The notes: generated by a model not told the origin, from the sequence alone. DNA of 64,000 nt from Thermoplasmata archaeon (GCA_022750055.1 JAKIWL010000004.1:36405-100404), one strand, 5' to 3'; positions 34,443-43,626 are shown, counted from the stretch's first letter. Translations and numbers: made by a program.

Positions 34443-35068
34443 CAGGAGCGCTCCTCGGCCACCGTCGTCACGCCGGCCCGGACCCGATCCCCCACGTGGA
34501 CCCGGATCCGGACCGAGGCGGAGGGCAGGATGAGGTCCACCCGGGAGCCGAGCACGATCATGCCCAGGCGATCGCCCTTGGACCGGGCCGCTCCGACCCC
34601 GACGAACGACACGAGACGCCGGGCGATGAGGCCGGTCATCTGGATGACCTCCACCGTCCCGAGCGACGTCGAAAGAGTGTAGCGGCGTTGCAGGTTGTGC
34701 CGGGCATCCGGGACGTAGGCAGGCCGGAACCCCTCCCCGCTCGTCTCGATCCGCTCCACGCGACCGGCGATCGGGAAGCGGTTGACGTGGACGTCGGTGA
34801 CGTTCATGAAGATCGCGAGACGGACCTCCTCGTCGTCCCGTTCGATCGCGACGACCCGCCCGTCCGCGGGAGCGACGATCCCCGAGCCCGACGTCCGTTC
34901 GGGATCACGGAAGAACGCGGCGAAGAAGGCCCAGTACCCGTACCCGATCGCGAGGATCAGGGCGAACTCGAGGGACCGGGGGAGGTAGCCGATCCCGACG
35001 AGGCCGCTGAGGACCAGGAGCAACACAAGGACCGGAAGAAGGAAGCGGCCCGTATGGGGCGCGAACAC
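34442..35068 (-). CDS. psd: Phosphatidylserine (archaetidylserine) decarboxylase proenzyme-like
   Basis: 208 aa. N-terminal TM helices, NRFPIAGRV, LGMIVLGSRVDLILP (G-S cleavage motif region). Confidence 0.75.
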   Translation of the reverse strand: MFAPHTGRFLLPVLVLLLVLSGLVGIGYLPRSLEFALILAIGYGYWAFFAAFFRDPERTSGSGIVAPADGRVVAIERDDEEVRLAIFMNVTDVHVNRFPIAGRVERIETSGEGFRPAYVPDARHNLQRRYTLSTSLGTVEVIQMTGLIARRLVSFVGVGAARSKGDRLGMIVLGSRVDLILPSASVRIRVHVGDRVRAGVTTVAEERS

Positions 35069-35081
35069 GACCGCGCGCCGG

Positions 35082-35393
35082 TCAGCCCTTCAGGACGATC
35101 TCGATATTGACACCGTCAGGGACTTGGATCCGCATGACCTGGCGGAGCGCCCGTTCGTCGGCGTCGATGTCGATGAGCCGCTTGTGGATCCGCATCTCCC
35201 AGTGATCGATCGTGCTCGACCCGCCCCCGTCCGGGCCCTTGCGGACGGGCACCCGAAGCCGCTTCGTCGGGAGGGGGATGGGGCCCGCGATCTCCACGCC
35301 CGTGCGCTGGGTGATCTCGCGGATCTGACGGCAGACGGAGTCGACCTTCCGGGAGTCGATGCCACTCAACGAGATGCGCGCCTTCTGAGCCAT
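35082..35393 (-). CDS. rps10: 30S ribosomal protein uS10
   Basis: 103 aa. [40 protein letters not shown]. Confidence 0.95.
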   Translation of the reverse strand: MAQKARISLSGIDSRKVDSVCRQIREITQRTGVEIAGPIPLPTKRLRVPVRKGPDGGGSSTIDHWEMRIHKRLIDIDADERALRQVMRIQVPDGVNIEIVLKG

Positions 35394-35436
35394 CCTTCCT
35401 TCCTAGGGCTCAAGAGCGCGCGCCCGACCGGGCCGC

Positions 35437-36717
35437 CTAGGCCTCGCGCTTTTTGATGTCGACGACGACCCCGGCCGCGACGGTCTGGCCCATGTCTCGG
35501 ACCGCGAAGCGGCCGAGTTGGGGGTACTCTTTGTACTTCTCGATGACGAGCGGGCGCTTCGGCGTGATCTTGACCACCGCTGCGTCGCCGGTCTTGAGGG
35601 TCTGGGGGTTCTCCTCGGCGACCTGGCCGGTCTTCGGGTCGAGGCGCTTGAGGAGCTCGGTGAACTCGCAGGCCACCTGCGCCGTATGGCAGTGGAACAC
35701 CGGGGCGTAGCCGGCGGTGAGCACCGACGGGTGGTTGAGGACCTGGATGTTCGCCGTGAAGCTCTCCACGACCGTCGGGGGCGCGGAGGCGGGCCCCGCC
35801 ACGTCGCCCCGGTGGATGTCGTTCTTGTCGATGCCGCGGACGTTGAATCCCACGTTGTCCCCGGGGATGGCCTCGGTGACCGCCTCGTGGTGCATCTCGA
35901 CCGACTTGACCTCGCCGGTCTTGCCGCTCGGCATGAAGGTGATCTTGTCGCCGATCTTCAGCTTCCCGGTCTCGACGCGGCCCACGGGCACGGTCCCGAT
36001 CCCGGTGATCGTGTAAACGTCCTGGACCGGGAGCCGAAGCGGCTTGTCGGTCGGCTTCTCGGGAACTTTGAGGTTGTCGAGGGCCTGCAGAAGGTTCGGG
36101 CCCTTGTACCAGGGCATGTTGGGGGAGGCCTTGTTGATGTTGTCGTCCTTGAACGCCGAGATGGGCAGGAAGACGATCTGCTGGTCGACCTTGTAGCCGA
36201 CGTTCTTCAGGAGCTTGGTGAGCTCGTCCTTGACTTCGGTGTACTTCGCCTCGCCGTACTTGACCTCCTGGCGGTCCATCTTGTTGATGGCGCAGATGAC
36301 CTGGGCGACCCCGAGCGTCCGGGCGAGGAAGATGTGCTCGCGGGTCTGCTCCTGGACCCCGTCCGCGGCGGAAACGACGAGGACACCCGCGTCGGCTTGG
36401 CTGGTGCCGGTGATCATGTTCTTGACGAAGTCGCGGTGGCCCGGCGCGTCGATGATGGTGAAGTAGTACTTCTGGGTGTCAAAGCGCCGGTGCGCGATGT
36501 CGATCGTGACACCTCGCTCCCGCTCTTCCTTGAGGTCGTCCATCACCCAGGCGAACTCGAACGTCGCCTTGCCCTTCGCCTCGGCCTCGGCCCGGTACTT
36601 GTCGATCTCCTCCTGGCGGATCACGCCGGTGTCGAGCAAGAGGCGGCCGACGGTGGTCGACTTCCCGTGGTCCACGTGGCCGATGAAGACGATGTTGAGG
36701 TGGGGCTTCTGCGCCAT
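35437..36717 (-). CDS. tuf: Translation elongation factor EF-1 alpha
   Basis: 426 aa. [21 protein letters not shown], full-length aEF1A pattern. Confidence 0.97.
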   Translation of the reverse strand: MAQKPHLNIVFIGHVDHGKSTTVGRLLLDTGVIRQEEIDKYRAEAEAKGKATFEFAWVMDDLKEERERGVTIDIAHRRFDTQKYYFTIIDAPGHRDFVKNMITGTSQADAGVLVVSAADGVQEQTREHIFLARTLGVAQVICAINKMDRQEVKYGEAKYTEVKDELTKLLKNVGYKVDQQIVFLPISAFKDDNINKASPNMPWYKGPNLLQALDNLKVPEKPTDKPLRLPVQDVYTITGIGTVPVGRVETGKLKIGDKITFMPSGKTGEVKSVEMHHEAVTEAIPGDNVGFNVRGIDKNDIHRGDVAGPASAPPTVVESFTANIQVLNHPSVLTAGYAPVFHCHTAQVACEFTELLKRLDPKTGQVAEENPQTLKTGDAAVVKITPKRPLVIEKYKEYPQLGRFAVRDMGQTVAAGVVVDIKKREA

Positions 36718-36749
36718 TCGATAGGCTCCGGGCGCGCCGAAAAGGTGCC

Positions 36750-36759
36750 CCTATATAGG
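36750..36759. promoter_or_regulatory. Palindromic TATA element CCTATATAGG upstream of tuf
   Basis: Centre lies about 37 nt upstream of the tuf ATG (36717). The identical 10-mer recurs at 54504..54513. Confidence 0.45.
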
Positions 36760-37038
36760 CATTGTCGCCAAAGTTCGGTGGCGGAATCCACTTTCCGGTC
36801 GTCGGGAAACCGCGACGCTTCCGACTTCCCGATCGGACGGAGCCAAAGCCGTCTCACCCTTTATGGGGAGCGCTGCCTTCGCCCTTCGGATGCCGGGGCG
36901 GTATCTCCCGGCGTCGCTCGAGACACGGTCTGTGGTCAGTTCTGAACTCGTCCACCGCGTACGCTCGGGGGTCGGCACGGATCCCGGCACGGGCGCGGTC
37001 TGCTATCGGATACGTTACAGAAACCCGGGGGGAGTCCA

Positions 37039-37497
37039 ATGATCTGTGAGATGTGCGGCAAGGAGGTACCATCGACGTTGCGGATCGAGGTCGAGGGATC
37101 GATTCTGCGGGTCTGCGAATCGTGCCGACGATTCGGAAAGCTCCTCGATCCGCTCATCAGCCCGACCCCGGCGGCCTCGGGTTCGGCGAGGCCGTGGAAC
37201 GCCCCGGTCGGCGCGATCCCTCCACGACCCCGGCGCAGTTCCGAGGAGCGCGACCTGTTCTCCGAGGTTCCAGACATGGACCTGGCACCGGATTGGGGAC
37301 GACGGATCCGGGTCGCTCGGGAGGCGAGGAACTGGACCCAGGAGGAGCTCGGAAAGCGGCTCAACGAGAAGAAGTCGCTGGTCCTGAAGTTAGAGGGAGG
37401 TTCGTTTCGGCCGCCCGACGATACGATCCGCAAGGTCGAGACCCTCCTGAAGATCCGGTTGCGATCGGACGCCAAGGACGCGCTCACCAGCGCGTGA
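37039..37497 (+). CDS. mbf1: Archaeal multiprotein bridging factor 1 (zinc ribbon + XRE HTH)
   Basis: MICEMCGKEV...RVCESCRRFGK and RIRVAREARNWTQEELGKRLNEKKSLVLKLEGG. Confidence 0.85.
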   Translation: MICEMCGKEVPSTLRIEVEGSILRVCESCRRFGKLLDPLISPTPAASGSARPWNAPVGAIPPRPRRSSEERDLFSEVPDMDLAPDWGRRIRVAREARNWTQEELGKRLNEKKSLVLKLEGGSFRPPDDTIRKVETLLKIRLRSDAKDALTSA

Positions 37498-37540
37498 GGG
37501 GCCCGCGCGCTCGACCGGTGCGGAGGAGTTCCCAGGTCGT

Positions 37541-38500
37541 CTAGCTGGGCCGCCTCGCAGGGCGAGGGGGGATCACCAGCTCGAGGATCGCTTTCTGGGC
37601 GTGGAGCCGATTCTCCGCCTGGTCCCAGACCGCCGATTGCGGCCCGTCGATCACCTCGTCGGTGATCTCGAGTCCGCGGTGGGCCGGGAGGTCGTGGAGC
37701 ACCCACGCCGAGGGCTTTGCCGCGCGGACCAGGTCGGCATTGATCTGGAAACCCTGGAAGGCGAGCTCCCTCTCCTCTTTCTCGGACTCCTCGCCCATCG
37801 AGACCCAGACGTCCGTGTAGAGGGCATCGGCCCCGCGCGCGGCCTCCATCGGCCGCTCGGAGAAGGTGGTCGTGGAGCCCGAGACGGCCGACAAGCGCGC
37901 CCCTTGCTCGACGACCTCCCGCGTCGGTCGATAGGCCTTCGGGATGGCCGCCGACAGGTCGAGTCCGACCGCCGCGCACCCCAGCAGGAGCGATTGGAAC
38001 ACGTTGTTCCCGTCGCCGATGTAGGCGAGTCGCCTTCCCCGAAAGCCTGCGGGCCAGCGTTCCTTTAGCGTGAGCAGGTCGGCGACGATCTGGCAGGGGT
38101 GCTCGTGATCGTCGAGGGCGTTCACCACCGGGACGGTCGCATGGGAAGCCAGTTCGACCTCGTCGGAATGTCGGAAGGCGCGGTAGGCGATCGCATCCAC
38201 GTACCGGGAGAGGACCCGAGCGGTATCCGCGACCGTCTCGCCTCGACCGAGCTGCATGTCCTTCGACGAGTAGTAGATCGCCCGTCCCCCGAGGTCGCTC
38301 ACCGCTACCTCGAAGGAGGTCCGCGTTCGGGTCGAGGGCTTCTCAAAGATCAGGGCCAGTTCGACCTCCGGGCGCGTCCGGCTCCGGTCCCCGACGGCCC
38401 GGGCCCGCTTCATCGCGAGCGCGCGGTCGAGCAGCCCGGGGAGGTCGCCCGCGACGTCGTTGATCGAAAGCAGGTCGCGCTTCGTCGGTCCGGTCGTCAT
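37541..38500 (-). CDS. argF: Ornithine carbamoyltransferase
   Basis: 319 aa. STRTRTSFE, HPCQIVADL, DGNNV, HDLPAHRGLEITDEV. Confidence 0.85.
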   Translation of the reverse strand: MTTGPTKRDLLSINDVAGDLPGLLDRALAMKRARAVGDRSRTRPEVELALIFEKPSTRTRTSFEVAVSDLGGRAIYYSSKDMQLGRGETVADTARVLSRYVDAIAYRAFRHSDEVELASHATVPVVNALDDHEHPCQIVADLLTLKERWPAGFRGRRLAYIGDGNNVFQSLLLGCAAVGLDLSAAIPKAYRPTREVVEQGARLSAVSGSTTTFSERPMEAARGADALYTDVWVSMGEESEKEERELAFQGFQINADLVRAAKPSAWVLHDLPAHRGLEITDEVIDGPQSAVWDQAENRLHAQKAILELVIPPRPARRPS

Positions 38501-38733
38501 GGTCGCTCGACCCGAAGGCGCGTCTATAGACCTTGTGTTCCGAGGGGAGAGAGAGGACCCCCCACCCGTCGGTGACGGGACCCGGGAGAGGATAAATGGG
38601 AACTTCTGTAGGGGCGAGCCGGAGGGAACTCAGTTGCCCAGCCGTGCTAGGAAGTCGAAGACCCGCCGAACATCCCGACCCGCTCCACCGGTTCGCGTGA
38701 CCCGCAGCGCTCGACACGTCCAAGCGGTTCGTC

Positions 38734-38769
38734 CGGCCCGCGCGGCCCGACCGGCCCGACCAGCCCGAC
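38734..38769 (+). repeat. Imperfect 9-bp tandem repeat (CGGCCCGAC x about 4) inside a C-skewed 420-bp spacer
   Basis: Units cggcccgcg / cggcccgac / cggcccgac / cagcccgac, read directly. Confidence 0.6.
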
Positions 38770-38924
38770 CCATTCCCCGTCCCCGGGCGTCCCGCCGCAA
38801 GAAGCCCGCCGCCGTCGCTCGCCCGACTCCTCCCGCCCGGTCCACGCGGACCGTACCCGTCCACCGGGCCGCCCTGCCCCCCCCTCCCGTCGCGAACCCG
38901 GTCCGGACCACGAACGGCCGTCGG

Positions 38925-40262
38925 GTGTACGTGGTCACCGGCGGCGTCACGAAGTTTGCGAAGGCACACCCGGCGATGGATTTCCGACTGATGGTGAAAC
39001 GCGCCCTCGACGCCGCCCTGAAGGAGACCCCCAACCTGACGAAAGAACGGATCCAAGGGTCCCGGATCTCCTACTTCTCCGACCATTTCGCCCGCCAGTT
39101 GAAGGCCGCGAGCATGGTCCAGGACTATCTCGGCCTAAACCCGAAGGGCTCGGTGCGGATCGAGTGGGGCGGGGCGACCGGGGGCGAATGCTTCCAGGCC
39201 GCCTACGAGGCCGTCGCGAGCGGCCGGATGGACATCTGCCTCGCAGCCGGGTTCGAGACGATGAGCCGGGTCGCGACGTGGAAGGGGAACGAGTTCATCG
39301 CGCTCGCGTCGGACACGAACTTCGACTTTCCGCTCGGCGGGTTCTACACGGGTTACTACGCCCTGATGGTCATCCGCCACATCTATGAGTACCTCCGAAA
39401 GACCCGCTTCGCGCACATCAAGGACGAGAGGCAAGCCCAAAAGACGGCGATCGCCGAGGGGCAGCGGATCATGAGCATGGTCTCGGTGAAGAACCACCTG
39501 AACGCGCTCCACAATCCGTACGCCCAGTATCCGAAGCAGCTCACGGTGCAGGACGTCCTGCACTCAGAGATGATCTCGTATCCCTTGACCCGCGAGCAGA
39601 TCTGCACGATGAGCGATGGCGCGGCGGTGGCGATCCTCTGCGATGAGGAACGAGCTCGAGAGTTCACCGACCGACCGGTCCGGATCACCGGCGTCGGTTG
39701 CGGTACCGACACGATGCGTCTTGCGGACCGACCGTTCGGCAAGGTTCCGCTCATGCGGTCCGAACGGGTCGCGGACTACCGGCACCTCGACTATCCCGGG
39801 GTCCACTCCTTCCGGGCGGGACGCACCGCAGGGCTCGAGGCCTACCGGATGGCCGGCATCTCCGACCCGAAGACGGAGTTGAGCTTCATCGAGCTCCACG
39901 ACGCGTACGCCTCGAGCGAGATCCAGACGTACGAGGACCTCGGGCTGTGTCGATACGGGGAGGGCTACGGCTTCGTAGAAAGCGGGGCGCCGTTCCTGAA
40001 GTCCATCCGCTATCCGTTCCCGACGCCGCGGGCGGGCACGATCCCGGTCAATCCCTCCGGAGGGCTCATCGCCTGCGGGCACCCGGTCGGGGCGACCGGG
40101 CTGATGCAGGCCGTCTTCGCGCTCTGGCAGCTTCAGGGCCGGATCCGCAAGAACTACGGCGACGGTACGCTGCAGATCCAGAACGCGCGTCGCGGAGCGA
40201 TCCACAGCCACGCTGGAACGGGGTCGGCCGTGACCGTGTCGATCCTCGAGCGGGGGTTCTGA
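38925..40262 (+). CDS. Thiolase-like acetyl-CoA acyltransferase (archaeal/SCP-x type); alternative TTG start at 38633 would add a 97-aa Arg/Pro/Ala-rich extension
   Basis: Core VYVVTGGVTKFAKAHP..., NPSGGLIACGHPVGATG, HAGTGSAVTVSILE. Track ORF 38460..40262 overlaps argF at its 5' end. GTG 38925 gives a canonical thiolase N-terminus. GGAGG lies 8 nt before TTG 38633. Confidence 0.75.
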   Translation: MYVVTGGVTKFAKAHPAMDFRLMVKRALDAALKETPNLTKERIQGSRISYFSDHFARQLKAASMVQDYLGLNPKGSVRIEWGGATGGECFQAAYEAVASGRMDICLAAGFETMSRVATWKGNEFIALASDTNFDFPLGGFYTGYYALMVIRHIYEYLRKTRFAHIKDERQAQKTAIAEGQRIMSMVSVKNHLNALHNPYAQYPKQLTVQDVLHSEMISYPLTREQICTMSDGAAVAILCDEERAREFTDRPVRITGVGCGTDTMRLADRPFGKVPLMRSERVADYRHLDYPGVHSFRAGRTAGLEAYRMAGISDPKTELSFIELHDAYASSEIQTYEDLGLCRYGEGYGFVESGAPFLKSIRYPFPTPRAGTIPVNPSGGLIACGHPVGATGLMQAVFALWQLQGRIRKNYGDGTLQIQNARRGAIHSHAGTGSAVTVSILERGF

Positions 40263-40813
40263 TGATGCCCCCACGACCCCGACCGAAATCGTTCGAGCAC
40301 TTTCGCGACGTCCAGGCGGAGCTCGAGCAGAGCGGGGCGGCCCTGTTCAAGGACGCGAAGGGGATCGAGAGCCTCGTGGTTCGCTTCCCCTACTCGGTCA
40401 ACTACATCCATAGTTACGCCGAGGACACCCCTTTCTTCCTCGGCCTCTCCGAAGGGCGGTTGAGGGGGTCGAAGTGCACCTCGAAGGACTGCGAGTTCGT
40501 CTACGCTACCCCGCGCGGACACTGCATGGTCTGCGGAAAGCCGACGGCCTGGTTCGACCTTCCGACGTCGGGCCGGGTCCATGCCTGGACCACGTGCCAC
40601 TTCGGCTCGGAGGCCTTCCTCTCCGAGACCCCGTACAACCTCGCCCTGGTCGAGTTCGAGGGAGCGGGTAGCCTTCTGCTCGTTCGGTTGAAGGAGTGCG
40701 CTGAATCCGACCTCTATATCGGCATGCCGGTCGAGGCGCGGTTCGACCCGAACCCCAAGTACTCGATCACGGACGTCTGGTTCGTGCCCGCCGAGGGCGC
40801 TCTTACTCCGTGA
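40262..40813 (+). CDS. DUF35-type OB-fold/zinc-ribbon protein (thiolase partner)
   Basis: 183 aa. The ATG overlaps the thiolase stop (TGATGATG). Zinc ribbon CTSKDCEFVYATPRGHCMVCGKP followed by an OB-fold-like region. Confidence 0.7.
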   Translation: MMPPRPRPKSFEHFRDVQAELEQSGAALFKDAKGIESLVVRFPYSVNYIHSYAEDTPFFLGLSEGRLRGSKCTSKDCEFVYATPRGHCMVCGKPTAWFDLPTSGRVHAWTTCHFGSEAFLSETPYNLALVEFEGAGSLLLVRLKECAESDLYIGMPVEARFDPNPKYSITDVWFVPAEGALTP

Positions 40814-40868
40814 GTCGCTCGGTCGGCCAGCGGCCCGCATAAGAGGGGGCCGCTACTTCGAGACGGGT

Positions 40869-43571
40869 GTGACCGCTCGCCTCCGACCCGCCGGGCCGTA
40901 TTGCGCCGCCCTCGCGATCGGGTGGCTCGTCCTGATCGCCGGCGTCGTTCCGACCGGTGCGGATGCGGGAGGAGCGGGTCCCGGGCACGGGCGAGAACGT
41001 CCTGCTCCGGCCTCGTTGCCGGTGGCGCCGGCCGCGAACCAGTCGGGGAACCAGACCCTGGTGCTCACGAACCGTTCCCTCGTAGGAGGCAGTTTCCTAC
41101 CGGGAAACGGTCCGAACCCGTTCGAGGGAGTGTACGACCCCTGGAACGGAGACACCTACTTCGTAGACGCGGACCTCGGCAGCTCGCCCACGGCCAACGT
41201 GTCGGTCGTCAGCGGTCCGACGCGTTCCGTGGTCGCCACCGACGCGATCGGTTCCGGTCCGACCGGCCCCGGCGGGATCGCCGTCGACCCGATCCACGGG
41301 GACGTCTTTGTCGCCAACACCGCCTTCGGTTCGGTGAGCGTCATCGACGGTTCCACCCTGAAGGTCCAGGCGACCGTCCCGGTCGGCCTCCAGCCGGTCG
41401 CGCTCGCCTACGATCCGGTGAACGGGTCGGTCGTGGTCGCGAACAGCGAATCCGCCTCGCTTACCTGGATCAATGTCTCTACCGACCGGGTCGTGGGGTC
41501 CCTGACGGTCGGCACCCTGCCGGTCGCGATCGTCTACGACCCGGTCGATTCCGACCTGTGGGTCGCCAACTCCGGATCGGACTCGGTGACCGTGGTCGAT
41601 GGGCGGAGCGGGACGTCCCTGGCGACGGTCACCTTGGGGTCGGCGCCGGGGTCGCTCGCCGCCGACCTCGTCAGCGGAGATGTCTACGTGGCGAGCCCGG
41701 CCGCGGGCAACGTCAGCGTGCTGAACGGCTCGCGCCTCACCCTGACGAAGACGATCCTGGTGAGCACGGACCCGAATGCGGTCGTGTTCGACCCCCAGGA
41801 CGTCGACCTGTATGTGCCGTCGGGAAATGGAGGCTACCTTTCGATCATCAATCCTCGGACCCAGGTCGTGACGGTGCGAGTCGCAGTACCCGGACCGGTG
41901 GTCACGGCCGCGTTCGACGGTTTCAACGGGGATGTGTACCTGGCTGAGGCGGGCTCGGGTGGAGTGGTCGTGCTCCATGGGACCTCGGGCGTCCCGGTCG
42001 CGTCGGTCCCGACGGGCCCGGGAACGCGCGGGTTGGTCCCCGACCCCTCGGCCGGCTGGGTTTACGTCGGGGATTTCAACGCGAGCGTCCTGCTCCTGGT
42101 GAACGCCACGTCGAATCGCCTCACGGCCGTCCTGCCGACCGCCGCCGCCCCCGAGGGGGTCGTCTACGACCCGACGTTCGGCGAGTGGTTCGTGTCCGAC
42201 CCGCAGTTCTATGGGGGCTACGTGCTCGCGATCAACGGGACGACGGACCGGGTGGTCCAGTCGATCTCCGTCGGTTCGGACCCCCAGGGTCTCGTGGTCG
42301 ATCCGGCGAACGGGAGCGTGGTCGTCGCGGACGCTGGCTCGGGGGAGCTGAGCTTTGTCTCCCCCGCCCTCGGGCGAGTGATCGGGACCACCGTACTGCC
42401 GTTCTCTCCTTCCCAGATCGCCTTCGACCCCCAGGACCACAACCTGTTCGTCACCAACCCTTTCAACGCCTCGGTGACGATCGTGAACGGTACGAACGGG
42501 CAGGTCCTTGAGTCGGTCGCGGTGGGCCGGAACCCCGCCGGGGTCGCCTACGACCCTCTCGCGGACGCGATGGTGGTGCCCAACCGAGGGAGCGGGAACG
42601 TGAGCATCCTCGACGCTCGGACCGGCGACGTTGCGCGCACGCTTTCTTTCGGCGGCTCCCCGTCGGCGGCCGTCTACGACCCGGCGGTCGGCGACCTGTA
42701 CCTCGAGGTCATCGCTGGCGGCGGACCCGGGCAGAACCTGCTCGCATCCCTCCAGGGCGCCTCGCTGACCCTCCTCGCCTCGCTCCTCGCGGGGCCCTCC
42801 CTCGGCGCACTCGGCTACGACACGTCCAATGGTCTCGTCTACGTGGCGGAGCCCACGGCCTCCCGATTGGTCGCGGTCGACGGGGGCACGGACCTCGTCG
42901 TCGGGTCCGTTGTGGCCCTCGGCGGCCCTCAGGCCATCGCCTTCGGAGGACCGAACGCGACGCTGTGCGCCTCGGAAAGGAGCTCTGGAGCCATCTCCTT
43001 CGTCCGTCCCGCGACCTCCTACGGGTATCCCGTCGTGTTCGAGGAGTCCGGCCTTCCGAGCGGGGCACCGTGGTCGGTGACGCTCGACGGGCAGGTGAAT
43101 CGAACGTTCGGCTCGCAGCTCGAGTTCCATCTCCCGAACGGGACCGGGTACCCGTTCTCGCTCGGCGTCGTCCTGGGCTTCCGAGCGCTCCCGTCGGCCG
43201 GCTCGCTCAATGTGACCGGCGCGACCGTGCTCGAGTCCGTCCGCTTCGTTCTCACGCCCACCGGAACCGGGTCCCGGGCGCCCGGCTTCCTCGGTCTCTC
43301 CGGCGACGGCCCCGGTTGGGCCCTCGGATTCCTTTCGCTTGCCCTCCTCGCGGTAGGGATCCTTCTGTTCTATCGGTTCTCCCCGCGGGGTCGGGAGGTG
43401 GCCCGCCAGGCTCGTCTCGCGTCAGAATCGAACCCGTGGGCGCCCTCCTGGCCCCCACCCCCCCCACCTCCGCCGCCCCCGCCCCAGCCGCCCGGGGCGG
43501 TCGGCACCCTGGATCAAGCGGGGGTAGTTTCACCGGGCCCGGAGGATCGGGATGCCGCGGGCCGGGCTTGA
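40869..43571 (+). CDS. Cell-surface protein with tandem YVTN-type beta-propeller repeats, one YxVxFxExGLPxGxxWSV module, C-terminal TM anchor and polyproline cytoplasmic tail
   Basis: 900 aa. Signal-like N-terminus. About 15 repeats of the pattern P.G.AYDP..G.VYVAN..S..VSVI. Many N-x-S/T sequons. TM WALGFLSLALLAVGILLFYRF followed by PPPPPPPPPPPQPP. Confidence 0.75.
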   Translation: MTARLRPAGPYCAALAIGWLVLIAGVVPTGADAGGAGPGHGRERPAPASLPVAPAANQSGNQTLVLTNRSLVGGSFLPGNGPNPFEGVYDPWNGDTYFVDADLGSSPTANVSVVSGPTRSVVATDAIGSGPTGPGGIAVDPIHGDVFVANTAFGSVSVIDGSTLKVQATVPVGLQPVALAYDPVNGSVVVANSESASLTWINVSTDRVVGSLTVGTLPVAIVYDPVDSDLWVANSGSDSVTVVDGRSGTSLATVTLGSAPGSLAADLVSGDVYVASPAAGNVSVLNGSRLTLTKTILVSTDPNAVVFDPQDVDLYVPSGNGGYLSIINPRTQVVTVRVAVPGPVVTAAFDGFNGDVYLAEAGSGGVVVLHGTSGVPVASVPTGPGTRGLVPDPSAGWVYVGDFNASVLLLVNATSNRLTAVLPTAAAPEGVVYDPTFGEWFVSDPQFYGGYVLAINGTTDRVVQSISVGSDPQGLVVDPANGSVVVADAGSGELSFVSPALGRVIGTTVLPFSPSQIAFDPQDHNLFVTNPFNASVTIVNGTNGQVLESVAVGRNPAGVAYDPLADAMVVPNRGSGNVSILDARTGDVARTLSFGGSPSAAVYDPAVGDLYLEVIAGGGPGQNLLASLQGASLTLLASLLAGPSLGALGYDTSNGLVYVAEPTASRLVAVDGGTDLVVGSVVALGGPQAIAFGGPNATLCASERSSGAISFVRPATSYGYPVVFEESGLPSGAPWSVTLDGQVNRTFGSQLEFHLPNGTGYPFSLGVVLGFRALPSAGSLNVTGATVLESVRFVLTPTGTGSRAPGFLGLSGDGPGWALGFLSLALLAVGILLFYRFSPRGREVARQARLASESNPWAPSWPPPPPPPPPPPQPPGAVGTLDQAGVVSPGPEDRDAAGRA

Positions 43572-43626
43572 ACCGGCGGCTTCAAGATCTTCAGTCTTGC
43601 ACTCTCCCAAACTGAGTTACCGCGGC
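43553..43626 (-). tRNA. tRNA-Phe (anticodon GAA)
   Basis: Manual cloverleaf: GCCGCGG/CCGCGGC acceptor, ACTC/GAGT D-stem, CAAGA-CTGAAGA-TCTTG anticodon arm, GCCGG-TTCAAGC-CCGGC T-arm, 74 nt, no encoded CCA. A TAAATA box lies about 30 nt upstream (43653..43658). Confidence 0.9.

Noticed and set aside
38460-40262. Full 600-aa version of the thiolase ORF.
   Set aside because: Its first 14 codons overlap argF on the opposite strand, and the first 150 aa have no thiolase similarity. I kept GTG 38925 as the core start and flagged TTG 38633 only as an alternative.
43270-43390. PGF-CTERM archaeosortase signal in the YVTN protein (…RAPGFLGLSGDGPGWALGFLSLALLAVGILLFYRF).
   Set aside because: A PGF tripeptide and a TM helix are present. 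However, they are separated by 10 residues, and the TM helix is followed by a 70-aa tail rather than a short basic C-terminus. This does not fit the sorting-signal architecture.
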